Shown here piece by piece: positions 19,307-29,693 of a stretch of DNA of 64,000 nt. This stretch comes from an uncultured virus (IMG/VR IMGVR_UViG_3300006145_000002) (Duplodnaviria; Heunggongvirae; Uroviricota; Caudoviricetes). The stretch lies in the IMG/VR virus record IMGVR_UViG_3300006145_000002; one strand, written 5' to 3'. The notes below the pieces were generated by a model. The model did no database searches, was not told the DNA's origin, and saw only the letters and a program-made list of their open reading frames with translations. The number at the start of each line of letters is the position of its first letter. Positions within the stretch are counted from its first letter, which is position 1. The position numbers and the translations under genes are program-made.

Positions 19307-20089
19307 ATGGAACTTCGTATTGATCAGAGTGTTTTGGATCAGTTTCCCAACCTGAATGTTGCCAAGGAGGGTAATGATGTAATCACAGTTAAGTTCGGTG
19401 ATGGCGGCAATTCTGATTTTCTGTTTCCTTTGAATTTCCCGCTGCATAATCTTGATTCTCTTTCTTGGAGCAGGATTGATGAGATTGGTCGTGCTGGCAA
19501 GGCCAAAACCCTCTTTGCGCTGGGTGCTACTAAGAAGGATTACATGAAAAATGGGTTTATTGCCGAATATCAGATTATAGACTTTGACCATGATGATCTT
19601 GCTGATGGTAGCGGCAAGGCTCCTATCAGTTGGGATATGGTTGCGCTTTATAAGGATGAGATTTATATGAAGCGCAATAGCGAGTCCTCTTGCTGGGATG
19701 AGTGCGATGGACGTACATTCCTGAATGGCGAGTTCTATGAGAATATGTCCGATGAACTTCGTGCTATTGTCAAGCCTGTATGGAAGTTGACCGCTAATAA
19801 GAACGGCGAAATTGTTAAGTCCAAGGATTATGTCTGGCTGAAGTCTGAAAAGGAATTGTTTGGACGTACAATTTATTCCAATGATGGTGAAGGTCACTGG
19901 TATGCGCTGTTTATGCAGGAGGATTTTCCGTGGTTCAAGTTGAACGGCGACAATGAGCGAGACTGGCAATGGCTGCGCTCTGTGTATGCTGGCCACACGT
20001 ACTCTTTTTGCTGTGTCTACACTTCTGGAGCGGCGGGTGACTCCTGCTCTGGCTATTCCAGTGGGGTCGCCCCGGCCTTCTGTACCTAA
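19307..20089 (+). CDS. DUF6273-like C-type-lectin-fold protein, probable DGR target
   Basis: IIDFDHD, VWLKSEKE, C-terminal WQWLRS...FCCV...GVAPAFC. Confidence 0.75.
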   Translation: MELRIDQSVLDQFPNLNVAKEGNDVITVKFGDGGNSDFLFPLNFPLHNLDSLSWSRIDEIGRAGKAKTLFALGATKKDYMKNGFIAEYQIIDFDHDDLADGSGKAPISWDMVALYKDEIYMKRNSESSCWDECDGRTFLNGEFYENMSDELRAIVKPVWKLTANKNGEIVKSKDYVWLKSEKELFGRTIYSNDGEGHWYALFMQEDFPWFKLNGDNERDWQWLRSVYAGHTYSFCCVYTSGAAGDSCSGYSSGVAPAFCT

Positions 20090-20187
20090 GTTTATCGGTT
20101 TATCACCATTATCTTGTCTAAGGCGAAAGCCGGGACAGATAATGAGTGATAAACATTCAAACCAAGTAGAACGAAAGGAAGGTATAA

Positions 20188-22374
20188 ATGAGGGTTTTAC
20201 TTTTGCTCCGTGGCTCTGCTGGAGTGGGTAAGTCCACTTATATTAAGGAACATGATCTGGAGCAGTATGCGCTTTCTGCCGACAATATCCGTTTGATGTG
20301 CCAATCACCCGTTTTGCAAACAGATGGATCGGTAGCAATTAGTCAGACAAATGAAAAGCTGGTATGGAATCTTATGTTCCAGATGCTTGAGGCCAGAATG
20401 CAGCGTGGCGAATTTGTGGTGATTGATGCAACCAATTCTAAGACGCAGGACATTAATAGATATAAAGATATGGCAAAGACGTATCGGTATCGTATGTACT
20501 GCGTTGATATGACAGGAGTACCCATTGACGAATGTAAGCGGCGTAACAAACTCAGACCGCCTTACAAACAGGTTCCAGATGAAGTAATCGAAAAGATGTA
20601 TTCCAGATTTGAGACACAGCAAGTTCCAACTGGCGTGACTGTGATTCAGCCTGACGAACTGGATACTATCTGGTATAAACCTGCTAATTTTGATCGCTAC
20701 AAGCGGATTCATCATATCGGTGATATTCATGGTTGTAATACTGTCCTGCAAGAGTATCTGAAAGATGGTATGCACGATGATGAACTGTATATTTTCTGCG
20801 GCGATTATATTGATCGTGGTATCGAAAATGTTGAAGTTATTAAGTTCCTTTTCAATATCATGGATAAGCCGAATGTGATTCTGCTGGAGGGCAATCATGA
20901 ACGCTGGCTTTGGTATTGGGCGCATGGTGGCACATCTCAGTCTAAAGAATTTGAGAATGTAACACGGCGGCAGCTTGAAGCTGGGGGGTTGGATACTAAG
21001 GTTGCTCGAATGTTGTATCGTAAACTTAATCAGTGTGTGTATTATAGGTTTGGTGAAAAGACTGTGCTTGTTACTCATGCTGGTTTGAGTTTGATTCCTG
21101 ATAATCTGACTAAGGTTGCATCTGAACAGATGATCCGTGGTGTTGGTCGATATGGCGACTATCTTGATGTAGCAGCTACTTTCGATCAGACAATGCCTGA
21201 AAATACATATCAAATCTTTGGTCATCGTAATACCGAAGATTCTCCCATTGCAATGTCAGATCGGTGTTTTAATCTGGAGGGAGCGATTGAACAGGGCGGT
21301 TGCCTAAGAGCCGTTGTTTTGGATGCAGATGGGTTCCATCCTGTTATGATCCAGAATACCGTATTTCGCCAGCGAGAGGAAGTTGCTCCTGTTGGATATA
21401 CCGCAGAAGAAAAGAGCGTAATGGATGTTGTCGATAAGCTGCGGCAAAATCGCTACATCTATGAAAAACAGCTTGGTAACATTTCATCCTTTAACTTTAC
21501 TCGTGATGCTTTTTATGATAAGAAATGGAATGAACAGACTACTAAAGCACGTGGCCTGTTTATTGATACCGCTAATGGCATAGTGGTAGCACGTTCTTAT
21601 CCTAAGTTCTTCAATGTTAATGAGCGTCCTGAAACCAGATTCGGTATGCTCCAGTATAAGTTGAAGTTCCCTGTAACGGTTTACGTAAAGGAAAATGGAT
21701 TCCTTGGTATGGTATCTTATAATCCTGAAACGGACGATTTCTTCATTGCAAGCAAGTCAACAACAGAGGGTGATTTTGCGGGTTGGTTGCGGGATATGTT
21801 CTTTAAGAATGTAAAAAATCCTGATAAACTGAAAGATTATCTGAAGCGCAAGAATGTAACCCTTGTGTTTGAATGCGTGGATATGGCTAATGATCCGCAT
21901 ATCATTAAGTATGATACTTCTCATCTGTTTTTGTTGGATGTAGTCAAGAATCAGCTTGATTTTGAAAAGTTGCCATATACTCAAGTTGTTGAACTTGGCA
22001 ATGAATACGGGTTTGAAGTTAAGACAAGGGCAGTTCAGCTTCAAAATTGGCATGAGTTCCGTGATTGGTATAATGATGTACTTGCAGAGGATTATCAGTT
22101 CAACGGGCGTATCATTGAAGGCTTTGTAGTAGAAGATAGTGTTGGCTTTATGGTAAAGATTAAACTTGACTATTACAAGCTATGGAAACATATGCGTGGC
22201 GTTGCACAATCTGTTTTTAGAAGCGGTTACTATCGGCGTATGGGTTCGTTGCTCACACCGCTCCAAAATCAGTTTTATGGGTTCTGTCAGGAAATTGCAA
22301 AGCAAGAAGATCATCCTACTAATATTATTGAACTGCGAGATATTTTTATGTCTCAATATAACCCAAGCAAATAA
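20188..22374 (+). CDS. Pnkp-like RNA repair enzyme: P-loop kinase + metallophosphoesterase + RNA ligase
   Basis: GSAGVGKS/DATN, GDIHG/GDYIDRG/EGNHE, KFFN, KENG (ligase motif I), EGFVV, KIK. Confidence 0.9.
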   Translation: MRVLLLLRGSAGVGKSTYIKEHDLEQYALSADNIRLMCQSPVLQTDGSVAISQTNEKLVWNLMFQMLEARMQRGEFVVIDATNSKTQDINRYKDMAKTYRYRMYCVDMTGVPIDECKRRNKLRPPYKQVPDEVIEKMYSRFETQQVPTGVTVIQPDELDTIWYKPANFDRYKRIHHIGDIHGCNTVLQEYLKDGMHDDELYIFCGDYIDRGIENVEVIKFLFNIMDKPNVILLEGNHERWLWYWAHGGTSQSKEFENVTRRQLEAGGLDTKVARMLYRKLNQCVYYRFGEKTVLVTHAGLSLIPDNLTKVASEQMIRGVGRYGDYLDVAATFDQTMPENTYQIFGHRNTEDSPIAMSDRCFNLEGAIEQGGCLRAVVLDADGFHPVMIQNTVFRQREEVAPVGYTAEEKSVMDVVDKLRQNRYIYEKQLGNISSFNFTRDAFYDKKWNEQTTKARGLFIDTANGIVVARSYPKFFNVNERPETRFGMLQYKLKFPVTVYVKENGFLGMVSYNPETDDFFIASKSTTEGDFAGWLRDMFFKNVKNPDKLKDYLKRKNVTLVFECVDMANDPHIIKYDTSHLFLLDVVKNQLDFEKLPYTQVVELGNEYGFEVKTRAVQLQNWHEFRDWYNDVLAEDYQFNGRIIEGFVVEDSVGFMVKIKLDYYKLWKHMRGVAQSVFRSGYYRRMGSLLTPLQNQFYGFCQEIAKQEDHPTNIIELRDIFMSQYNPSK

Positions 22375-22411
22375 CGATATAATCAATAAGGAGTGATGAA
22401 TTATAAATCCA

Positions 22412-22905
22412 GTGTTGTTAAGTACAGGAAATAATAATTGGTCTACTCCCCAATGGTTCTTTAATCGTCTGAATTCAATCTTTGGTTTTACCCTTGATCC
22501 ATGTGCAGATGATACTAACCACAAATGCGAACAGTATTACACTGTAGAAGATAATGGCCTTACGAAAAATTGGGGGGGCAAACAGTTTTTTGTAATCCTC
22601 CGTATGGTCGTAGAACAAAGGATAATCCGGGTCAAGAAGATTGGATTGAAAAATGCTGGAAGGAATGTAAAGAGCATCATATTACAAGTGTGATGCTCAT
22701 TCCTGCCAGAACAGATACAAAGTCTCAGCATACGTATATTTTCCCAAATGCTAAGTATGTTTGCTTTGTAAAAGGACGATTGAAGTTTGGGGACAAGGAT
22801 GCAGCACCATTTCCAAGTGAAGTTGTTGTTTTTACAGAGCAAGATTATGATGATGAGATCAAAACTTTATCAGACTTAGGATTTTGGATTAAATTGAAAG
22901 AGTAG
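22412..22905 (+). pseudogene. phage Dam-like N6-adenine methyltransferase, frameshifted at G7
   Basis: WSTPQ..FTLDPCA in one frame, FCNPPY..LIPARTDT in another. G8 at 22572 would fuse them. Confidence 0.85.
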
Positions 22906-23676
22906 GTGATAAGTATAAAATATGTTGGCAGCAAATCACGAATTGCCAAGCATATTGTTCCAATTATTCAATCATATATAGATCAAACAAATGCCAGTTT
23001 CTATTTAGAACCTTTTGTTGGGGGGGCAAACGTAATTGATAAAATCTCTTGTGACAAAAAGATTGGATATGACATAAATCATTATTTAATTGAACTGTTT
23101 AAACATAGAGATTTGATTTGTAAATTGCCCGATGAAATTACAAAAGAGGAATATGATGCAGTACGAAAATCTTTTCAAACTGGAGATGGTAAATATCCAG
23201 ATTGGTATATTGGTGCAGTAGGATTTCTTGCATCTTATAACGGAAAGTTCTTTGGCGGTAGGGCTGGCATTGTTAAAACAAAAATTGGGACAATACGTAA
23301 TTATTATGATGAAGCAAAGCGTAACCTTTTATCGCAACTTCCGCAGTTGAATGATGTGATATTTGGTGAGTCCGATTATAGGCAGCTTGATATGTCACAG
23401 TTTAAACATGGTGTTATTTATTGTGATATTCCTTACAAAAATACGACAGGGTATCAAGATAGCTTTAATCACGTTGAGTTTTGGCAATGGGCTGAAGAAT
23501 GTTCCAAAGAAAACATAGTTTTGGTATCAGAACAAGTTGCTCCTGATGAGTGGAGGTCTGTATGGGCAAAACCAGTAAAAAGAACGCTGGACAATGCTTC
23601 ACGGATCGACATTACAGAACAACTATACATATTTTCAAATAACGGTATAATCAACACAGAAAGGACGATGTTATGA
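22906..23676 (+). CDS. D12-class DNA adenine methyltransferase
   Basis: KYVGSK, EPFVGGANV, IYCDIPY. In-frame G7 at 23020-23026. Confidence 0.88.
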   Translation: MISIKYVGSKSRIAKHIVPIIQSYIDQTNASFYLEPFVGGANVIDKISCDKKIGYDINHYLIELFKHRDLICKLPDEITKEEYDAVRKSFQTGDGKYPDWYIGAVGFLASYNGKFFGGRAGIVKTKIGTIRNYYDEAKRNLLSQLPQLNDVIFGESDYRQLDMSQFKHGVIYCDIPYKNTTGYQDSFNHVEFWQWAEECSKENIVLVSEQVAPDEWRSVWAKPVKRTLDNASRIDITEQLYIFSNNGIINTERTML

Positions 23677-23786
23677 CTTCTACACTTCGCATTAAGAATT
23701 TGGCAATTCTTGTTATTTGTGCTGCTATTGTAGCCTGTGTGCTGGCCTGTTGCTCACCTCATCCTGAACTTGTTCCAGTATTTTAG
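23673..23786 (+). CDS. 37-aa signal-peptide/lipoprotein-like small ORF
   Basis: MTSTLRIKNLAILVICAAIVACVLACCSPHPELVPVF with AAAGGA RBS. Too short for the ORF track. Confidence 0.5.
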   Translation: MTSTLRIKNLAILVICAAIVACVLACCSPHPELVPVF

Positions 23787-23799
23787 TATGGAGGCTGGC

Positions 23800-24532
23800 A
23801 TGAACAAAATTTCCCAAACTTGGGGGGCAAGCAGAACCATTTGAAAACGGTAAGCTGAGAGACAATGTTATTTTCAATGCTGATTGTATTGATGGTATGT
23901 CGCATATGCCAGCTAAATCAGTAGATTTGATTGTAACTGATCCTCCGTACCTCATTAACTATAAAAGTAATCGGCGTGTAGTCAAAGAAAAATTTGATAG
24001 AATTCAGAATGATAAAAATGCAGAGCGGATCATTCAGGATGCGTTAAGTGAATATTATCGTATTCTCAAAGATGATTCTGCGATCTATATGTTTTGTAGT
24101 TGGCATCATATTGAATTCTTTAAGACGGAATTTGAGAAGTATTTCAATCTAAAAAATATTTTGATATGGAACAAAAACAATCATGGTAGCGGCGATTTGC
24201 GTGGATCGTATGCGCCAAAGTATGAAATGGTTTTATTCGGTCATAAGGGCAGAGCATTGTTCCAAGAGAAGCGAGTAGCCGATGTTATTGATTGTGCAAA
24301 GGTTTCTTCCTCAAAGCTGGTGCATCCAACTGAAAAGCCAACAGATTTGTTGGAGTTGTTTATCAAAAACAATAGTAAACCGAATGATATTGTTTTTGAT
24401 GGATTCATTGGCGGCGGTTCAACTGCATTAGCAGCATTACATACAGGGCGAAAATTTATCGGCTATGAATTGGATGAGAAATATTATCAGATTGCTTGTC
24501 AGCGAGTAGATCAAGAAATGAAAGGGTGTTGA
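23800..24532 (+). pseudogene. beta-class N4/N6 DNA methyltransferase with N-terminus out of frame at G6
   Basis: VTDPPY, HPTEKP, DGFIGGGST motifs. GGAGG and ATG 23800 join NVIFNADCIDGM only if the G6 at 23822 is G5 or G8. Confidence 0.75.
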
Positions 24533-24533
24533 A

Positions 24534-25827
24534 ATGCAACCTGTTTATCCTGAGTTTATTAAGTTCTTAGATAGTCATGGTTGCGATACAAGTTGGTATC
24601 AGGAAGGTATATTCTGGTTAGACAACAATATTATCAAAGCCTTTATAGTGGGGGGGGGGGCAAATCGTTTGTCTATTTAGAATTACTGTTGATGATAATT
24701 TGAATTTATCCTTGAAGAAACATAGAACAAATAAAGGATATGCAGAGTTTGAGTCGTGGAATGAAACCATTTGTCGCAATCAAGAGCATTTGAAAGAAAT
24801 CGAGCATGAGAGTCTTTCATTATTACAAGAGCATTGTATAAGTGCAGATAGAAAGATTGTCAATACAAATTCCACTGGCAAGGACAGTATGGTAGTACAC
24901 CATTTGGTAAAGAAGGCTGGTGTAAGTTGCGAGACTTATTTCAATGTTACAACACTTGATGTAGCAGAAAGCAATCAAATGGCAAAAAGAAATGGTTTCA
25001 AGCATATTTATCCTGATCCGCAGCATGGAGGTTTTTACAAGTATGTTCATGATAGTGGGATTATTCCAACAAGATTTGCACGATTTTGTTGTACATACTT
25101 TAAAGAAAAACCAACCGTAGATTATTTCCCCGCAGATGATAAATTGTTATTCCTATTCGGTATCCGTAATGAGGAAAGCAGCCAGCGGTCAAATTATGAT
25201 GACGTTACTAAAAATCCTATGTGGGGTGATCGAGATTGGATTGGTGTTCTTCCTATTCGTAAGTGGACTGAGTTAGACATTTGGCTTTATATACTTTCCG
25301 AAGGCATTGAGGTCAATCCAAAATATAAATATGGCTACACAAGAGTTGGTTGCGGTATTGCCTGTCCTTACTACACGAAATACACTTGGGTTCTTGATAA
25401 GTTTTGGTATCCATATCTTTATAATCGCTGGAGAGATATTCTAAAGCAAGACTTTATAGAGAAAAACAAGTGGCTCATTATGAACTGCACTATTGATGAG
25501 TATATCATTAAAGCATGGACTGGTGGAGTATATCGTAAAGAGCCAACAGATGAAGTTGTTCAAGAATACGCAAAGTATACTGGGTTAGATGAAGATGTGG
25601 CAAAGAAGTATTTTAACAGATATTGTGAAAATGGATGTTTGAATACCAGAGGCCAACCGCTCAAACTTAAAGATAAGAATACTCTTGCAATGAATATGAA
25701 AATATTTGGTAGAGATATTCAGAAGTTCAAATGCAAAAAATGCTTAATAAAAGAATTTGGTTGGAGCAAAGAACAATGGGATCAGCAAGTACAAAGTTTT
25801 AAAGAACAAGGTTGTAAATTATTTTGA
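24534..25827 (+). pseudogene. PAPS reductase-family protein frameshifted at G11
   Basis: NSTGKDS, RFCCTYFKEKP, GIRNEESSQR, RVGCGIACP. ATG 24534 is in frame only with G10 at 24650. Confidence 0.85.
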
Positions 25828-26055
25828 CGGAGGTTGTATGTTCGGCAAGAAACAGCGGCAGATTTTTGAATTACAAAATCGTGTTAGAGAGTTAGAAAAT
25901 ATTCTTTGTCCGTTTAATCAGCATGATTTTGTTGAAATAAATAGAGTATATGATGGCGGTGATCCGATTTATTCAGGAGAAGAATGGATTGTATCATGTG
26001 AATGCAAAAGGTGTCATAAAAAGATTGTTAAAACAGAAATTTAAGGAGTGATGTA

Positions 26056-26457
26056 ATGAAAATTTATTATGCTCATCACGTTTGGAAGTATGGTACGCCG
26101 ATTGAGGATTATGAACTTGAATGTATCGAAAAGAAATTCGATTCTGCCGAGATTATCAATCCTCGTACATCATTGCCACAAGATAGGCCGGAGTCGGTAA
26201 TTTTGCAATCAGCATACGATACAATTAAGGGCTGTGATGCGCTGGTATTTTCAACGGTGTCTGGCATGATTGGGCATGGAGTTTTTAATGAGATTACTGT
26301 AGCTGTTAATCATGGTATTCCGATTTATCAGCTTGAAGGTAATGATTGCTATAAAATTGCTAATGCAGATTTAAAGGATATTATCTTTCGTGGTGATAAT
26401 CGAGTTTACGCACTTGTTCATACCCCGCACGAATATCAGGAGAATACGGATTGGTGA
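26056..26457 (+). CDS. nucleoside 2-deoxyribosyltransferase-like protein
   Basis: KIYYAH, IINP, CDALVF, GHGVFNEI pattern. Confidence 0.5.
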   Translation: MKIYYAHHVWKYGTPIEDYELECIEKKFDSAEIINPRTSLPQDRPESVILQSAYDTIKGCDALVFSTVSGMIGHGVFNEITVAVNHGIPIYQLEGNDCYKIANADLKDIIFRGDNRVYALVHTPHEYQENTDW

Positions 26458-26460
26458 ACA

Positions 26461-27333
26461 ATGGGACTAAAAGTATTATCAATCTGTGGCGGGTTAGAAA
26501 CTGGTTTACTCGCTTTAAAGGAGTTAGGGATACCAGTTGATGAATACCATACATATGAAATTTATGCTCCAGCAATCGAGTTAAGCAAGCGGCATTTCCC
26601 GGAAGTACAGCATCATGGAGATGTAATAGGTGCAGACTTCTCGCAGTTCAAAGGTTTTGATCTGGTAATTGCGGGAACGTGTTGCCAGAGCCTATCAAAA
26701 CTTCGGCAAGAGAATAAAGATGTTTGTTCTGGCCTTAAAGGTAAGTCTGGTATCTTCTTTGAGTATGCCAGAGCAGTTCAGGAAATAAAGCCCAAATGGT
26801 ATATGCTTGAAAATGTTGTGCCTAAGAACAAGGCCGATCAAGATACCATTACGGCAACCTTGGGGGGGGCAGACCCTATACTTATCGACAGTGCTTTATT
26901 TTCAGCACAAGAGAGAAAACGTCTGTATTGGAGCAATATTCCTATTGCTGCCTTACCTGAATCTAATTCGCTTGTTCTTCATGATATTATGATAGATGAT
27001 GCACCAGAAAAGGATTATTACAATAAACCATATATCTTTAATGGTAAAGACAAACGTGTGATTGCAACTATTCAAGATAATTGGTTAGACATAATGAAGC
27101 GTGTGTATAATCCAGATTTCAAATGTGCTACTTTAACTTGTGTTAGTGGCGGTCATCAAGAAAAGAAAGTTTGGGATCGAGGCCGTATCCGAAAACTTTC
27201 TCCTGTTGAATATGAGCGATTACAAACGCTGCCAGATGGATTTACTGAAGGATATTCTGACAATGTTCGTAGAACGCTTTGTGGTAACGGCTGGACGAAA
27301 GAGGTTATAAAGCATATTTTTAAAGGCTTATAA
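26461..27333 (+). CDS. C5 cytosine DNA methyltransferase
   Basis: VLSICGG, GTCCQ, LENV, AQERKRLYW, ERLQTLP, GNGW. In-frame G8 at 26862-26869. Confidence 0.9.
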   Translation: MGLKVLSICGGLETGLLALKELGIPVDEYHTYEIYAPAIELSKRHFPEVQHHGDVIGADFSQFKGFDLVIAGTCCQSLSKLRQENKDVCSGLKGKSGIFFEYARAVQEIKPKWYMLENVVPKNKADQDTITATLGGADPILIDSALFSAQERKRLYWSNIPIAALPESNSLVLHDIMIDDAPEKDYYNKPYIFNGKDKRVIATIQDNWLDIMKRVYNPDFKCATLTCVSGGHQEKKVWDRGRIRKLSPVEYERLQTLPDGFTEGYSDNVRRTLCGNGWTKEVIKHIFKGL

Positions 27334-27367
27334 CGATATATTCAATAACAAAGAAAGAAGGTAATGT

Positions 27368-27673
27368 ATGGCAAAGGTTTTAGAGTTAGAAAGTGGTGTC
27401 GATCCTATTCCTACCGAAGCAGAGCAAGACAAGATGACAGATACAGAAAAGGTAATCCAAAGTTTGATGCGTAAGTCCTATACGCTGGGTGTCCAGTCTG
27501 GTATTCGTACTATGTGTGTTACTGTGCTATCACAGTTGAACCAGACAAAGAAAATGAATCCTCAGAAACAGTTGAATCTTTTGAAGCAGATGTGTATGAG
27601 GAATATTGAAAACCAGAATAAGGCTGCGCAAAACACAGAGAATCCTACAACTGAAACTACTACAAATAACTAA
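27368..27673 (+). CDS. hypothetical protein
   Basis: ORF with RBS, preceded by the 18-bp motif. Confidence 0.6.
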   Translation: MAKVLELESGVDPIPTEAEQDKMTDTEKVIQSLMRKSYTLGVQSGIRTMCVTVLSQLNQTKKMNPQKQLNLLKQMCMRNIENQNKAAQNTENPTTETTTNN

Positions 27674-27681
27674 AAAGGAGA

Positions 27682-27941
27682 ATGAAAATAATGTTTAGTC
27701 GTGATATTTTGACCGTCAAAGAGGCTCAGTTGAACGCCCTTGTCGCGGAATCGGGGGGGCAGTATCTTTAATTACAAGTACGATTGATCGTTTGGAGGCT
27801 ATCAATAGCAAGATTACTGATACACGTCAGGAGATTGCTACTTATCAGTCTGAGTTGAATCGAATTGATGGTTCAATGGAGCAGCAGTTTGGTCATAACG
27901 CAAAGATCATTGGCAAATTTAAGAGTTTTCTGGAGGACTAA
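27682..27941 (+). pseudogene. small coiled-coil gene frameshifted at G7
   Basis: AAGGAG RBS. G8 at 27753 would give one ORF ending at a TAA that overlaps the next ATG. Confidence 0.65.
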
Positions 27942-28510
27942 TGAAAGAATGTTTTGAAAATGAAATTAGCTGGATTCATTCAAAAAGTATTCAGCAGTTT
28001 GCAAGGTACTGTGTAGATAATCTTCCCGATTATTTCTTTACGGTTCCTGCTTCATCCAGCGGCAAGTATCATCCGTCCTATGCTCTTGGTGATGGTGGCC
28101 TTGTACGCCATACTAAAGCAGCGGTGGCAGTTGCGCATGAATTGTTTAACCTTGAAATGTTCCAGAAGCAGTTTTCAGAGACAGAGCAGGATTTAATTCT
28201 GTTGAGTCTGATCCTGCATGATGGAAAGAAACAGGGTGGCGGCAATGACAAGCATACTGTATTTGAACATCCTTTGTATGCTGCTGACTTTGTAAAGGAA
28301 TGTAATTTTGAATGTTCTAAGCTAACTGATGAGCAAGAGCAGATTGTACGTAATGCTATTTCTTCACATATGGGTCAATGGAATACAGCACGAAATTCCA
28401 GAACTGTATTACCTAAACCCGCAGATAAGATTCAAAAGTTTGTACATATGTGTGATTATCTTGCGTCACGTAAATTCTTAGAAGTCAATTTTGATGCAAT
28501 AAGTTATTAA
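27941..28510 (+). CDS. HD-domain phosphohydrolase
   Basis: PASSSGKYH, GGLVRHT, LHDGKK, HMG, HMCD. Confidence 0.85.
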   Translation: MKECFENEISWIHSKSIQQFARYCVDNLPDYFFTVPASSSGKYHPSYALGDGGLVRHTKAAVAVAHELFNLEMFQKQFSETEQDLILLSLILHDGKKQGGGNDKHTVFEHPLYAADFVKECNFECSKLTDEQEQIVRNAISSHMGQWNTARNSRTVLPKPADKIQKFVHMCDYLASRKFLEVNFDAISY

Positions 28511-28525
28511 AAAGGAGAGATGTAG

Positions 28526-29674
28526 ATGAGTTATCAGGCAAGATTTAATTTTGTTGGCACACCTGTTATTCCCAAGCAGAAGGCAGATACTAAGCGTCCT
28601 TTCTGCAAGGAGATGACTAAGAAGGATGATAAGGGCAAGAAGCGTGAAATGCTGTCTATGACGTTCGGTGTCAAGGAAAGCGATTCTAACATGGCTTTCG
28701 TGGAGGCTTTTGACAGTAAGCAGGACGTTATTAAGACAATGAATACCGATAACGAGAAGCTGGATGTTAATTGGGATGATCGCTTTGATGAAGATATTGT
28801 TTCTCAGGTTGCCAGTTATCGAAAGTATATTGTTGATCTTGGTGAGGATCATGGTGGGCGACAGGAATTTATTACCGTCTATGACATGATTAAGCACTTG
28901 CAGGAGCATCTTCCCAATTATGAGGGGCGTGTGGTTGTTACAGGCCAGTTTACCCGTGATTGGTATGCAAAGAAGAAGATGTATTTCAGTAAGTTCCGTA
29001 TCCAGAATGTCTTTGCTGCCCCGGAAGAGCGCAAGAGTCGGTTGATGATTACTGCCGATCTGTTCTATAACAAGGATAGCTTTGACGATTCTGATTTTGA
29101 TGAGAATAAGAAGATTACGCTGGATTGTTATATTGAGCAGTATATCAACAAGGATGAGGGACGCAAGTATGTTCCCATTCAGGTTGTGTTCTCTGGTGCA
29201 AAGTATGACATGGAGAATGAGCGTCATAAGAAGCTGCTTAACTATAAGCTGAAGTATATCAAGGTTAAGGGCAAGGCTATGGTTCATATTCCGTGGGAAA
29301 TGGTTCTGCTGCGTGGTGCTGAAGAGGCAGACTTTGATGAGTCTATGTTGACCGATGCACAGAAGGAACAGATTGAACTTGGCATTAAGACACTGGATGA
29401 TTTCAAGCCCAAGGGCAATATCTATGGAGATCGTATTGACGAGTTCCGTTTGTTTGATCCGAAGCTGGAGGGTGATTTCGCTGACGGCTTGCTTGAGGCC
29501 GAGGACAAGAGCGATGAGTTTGAGGAAAGAATTTATCAGCCGCCGCAGGATGAAACACTGGACGAGGCCAAAAACAGTTCAAAGAATGGAAAGAAGTCTA
29601 ATAAGGACGATGAGCCGCCGTTCGATGAGGACGAAAAGAAGGATGACGGCGTTGATGAAGATGACTTGTTTTAA
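28526..29674 (+). CDS. probable single-stranded DNA-binding protein
   Basis: Acidic tail ending DEDDLF, first gene of the replication module. Confidence 0.55.
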   Translation: MSYQARFNFVGTPVIPKQKADTKRPFCKEMTKKDDKGKKREMLSMTFGVKESDSNMAFVEAFDSKQDVIKTMNTDNEKLDVNWDDRFDEDIVSQVASYRKYIVDLGEDHGGRQEFITVYDMIKHLQEHLPNYEGRVVVTGQFTRDWYAKKKMYFSKFRIQNVFAAPEERKSRLMITADLFYNKDSFDDSDFDENKKITLDCYIEQYINKDEGRKYVPIQVVFSGAKYDMENERHKKLLNYKLKYIKVKGKAMVHIPWEMVLLRGAEEADFDESMLTDAQKEQIELGIKTLDDFKPKGNIYGDRIDEFRLFDPKLEGDFADGLLEAEDKSDEFEERIYQPPQDETLDEAKNSSKNGKKSNKDDEPPFDEDEKKDDGVDEDDLF

Positions 29675-29693
29675 TTGAAAGGAGTGATGTGTA

